From: Mobula hypostoma
Lineage: Eukaryota
Assembly (NCBI RefSeq): GCF_963921235.1
Contig: NC_086097.1
Span: forward strand, 121,522,001-121,586,000
Direction of reading: 5' to 3'
DNA: 64,000 nucleotides
The notes beneath the pieces are model-generated. The model did no database searches. It was not told the origin of the DNA and saw nothing but the letters and a program-made list of their open reading frames with translations. Shown one piece after another: positions 62,768 to 64,000 of this stretch. The stretch's first letter is position 1; the number at the start of each line of letters is the position of its first letter. The translations under genes were made by a program, and so were the position numbers.

Positions 62768-63095
62768 CACAAGAGATTCTGAAGATGCTAAAATATGGAG
62801 AGAGAGAGACACACACACACACAGACACAAAGTGCTGAAGGAACTGAGCAAGTCAGGCAACATCTACAAAGAGGAATAAACAGTCAACTTTTTGGTATTG
62901 TTGAAGGGTCTCAGCCCAAAACGTCAACTGTTTATTCCCTCCACCCACCACCTTATTCTGGCTTCTGTAGCCCTTCCCCTCCTCTCCAGTCCTGACGAAG
63001 GGTCTGTCCATAATGTCAACTGTTTATTCCTCTCCACAGATTGTGGTTGACACACTGAGTTCCTCCAACATTTGGTGTGTGTGTGTGTTGCTCTG
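62768..63095. mobile_element. Cluster of decayed PLE termini (one minus copy, two tandem plus copies)
   Basis: gaagggtctcagcccaaaacgtcaactg at about 62903 and cagtcctgacgaagggtctgtccataatgtcaactg at about 62987. Confidence 0.65.
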
Positions 63096-63481
63096 GGAGT
63101 TATCCCCACTATATTGATCTGTATTTTAAAATAGTACTAACAATTAGTTATCTGGTTGCTATCTTATTCCTAGTTATGGGAGTTTGCTCTGTAGAGATTT
63201 CTCTCTGCTTCCTGCATGATATCAGTTTCAACATTTTACCTTGCAGGTGGTGAAGAACTCTTAACTTAAAGCATAGAACATGGAACAGGCCCCTTGGCCA
63301 GTGATGTCTGTGGTCACCATGATACGAATTTAAACTGCACGTGGTCTCTATCCCTCTATTGCCTGCCTGTTCATTTCTCTGTCTAAATGCTTACTGTCAT
63401 AATGCATTCCGTCACTTCTGGCAATTAATTTCATGCATCTGTCACTCTCTGCTTTTAAAAAATGTTTGCTTCACAAATCTG

Positions 63482-63950
63482 ATAAGAACATACTAAATAG
63501 AAGCAGGAGTCAGCCATCTGGCCCTTCAAGCCTGCTCTGCCATACAATAAGATCATGGCTGGTCTGACCATGTACTCAGCTCTGCTTTGCTACCTTTCTC
63601 CCATGACCCTTAATTTGCCTATTATGCAAAATATATCTAACCATATCTTAAATATATTTAATGAGGTCATTTCCACAGGCAGAAAATTCCATAGATTCAC
63701 CAGTCTTTGGGAAAAGCAGTTTTTTCTCAGCTCCGTCCTATATCTATTCCTCTGAATCTTCAGGCTCTGTCCCCTAGTTCTAGTCTCACTAACCAATGGA
63801 AACAACTTTCCTACCTCTATCCCATCAGCACGAGTGGGCTTGTCTACCTTTAGACCCACTAGTTTGTCCATCACTACCTCTTTAGTGACAATAATTGGAT
63901 CAAGGTTCTCACCTGCCATCACTTTCATAACATCTCTTTGGCATGTTAGA
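63482..63950 (-). mobile_element. CR1 fragment with a large internal deletion
   Basis: ORF 63590..63928 joins LVGLKVDK (pre-RT) directly to LFPLVSETRTRG (C-terminus). Confidence 0.75.
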
Positions 63951-64000
63951 TGTGTTCTGCACCCTGACTTTTTAAAATTTCCCCTTTCACTTTATAGCTA

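Noticed and set aside
1..64000. CRISPR array, retron or other prokaryotic RT/nuclease system
   Set aside because: No regularly spaced repeat-spacer array and no operon structure; all RT and nuclease ORFs belong to eukaryotic retroelements within introns.
59463..64000. Further RTTN exons (the next VRF... exon, and the exon upstream of 3464)
   Set aside because: No matching translation with splice sites found by eye; presumably outside the window.

Overview
This is eukaryotic, AT-rich, repeat-dense vertebrate DNA. The repeat repertoire (CR1 LINEs, V-domain SINEs, Penelope-like elements, Rex1, RTE, Tc1) looks like a cartilaginous fish, probably a ray; that is inference only. The window lies inside one + strand gene, recognised from memory of the human protein as rotatin (RTTN). 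Nine internal coding exons (3464-59462) have GT-AG boundaries and matching phases and splice into one open frame. The introns are packed with transposons, including several nested insertions with readable target-site duplications. The most interesting non-gene signal is a set of minimal type I hammerhead-ribozyme motifs in the termini of two Penelope-like element (PLE) families. Two copies have an intact core (356-391, 44889-44926), both in the sense of the RTTN pre-mRNA. Many short, often head-to-head PLE-terminus copies begin right at the ribozyme. Boundaries of old repeats are approximate and family names come from motif recognition, not database searches.
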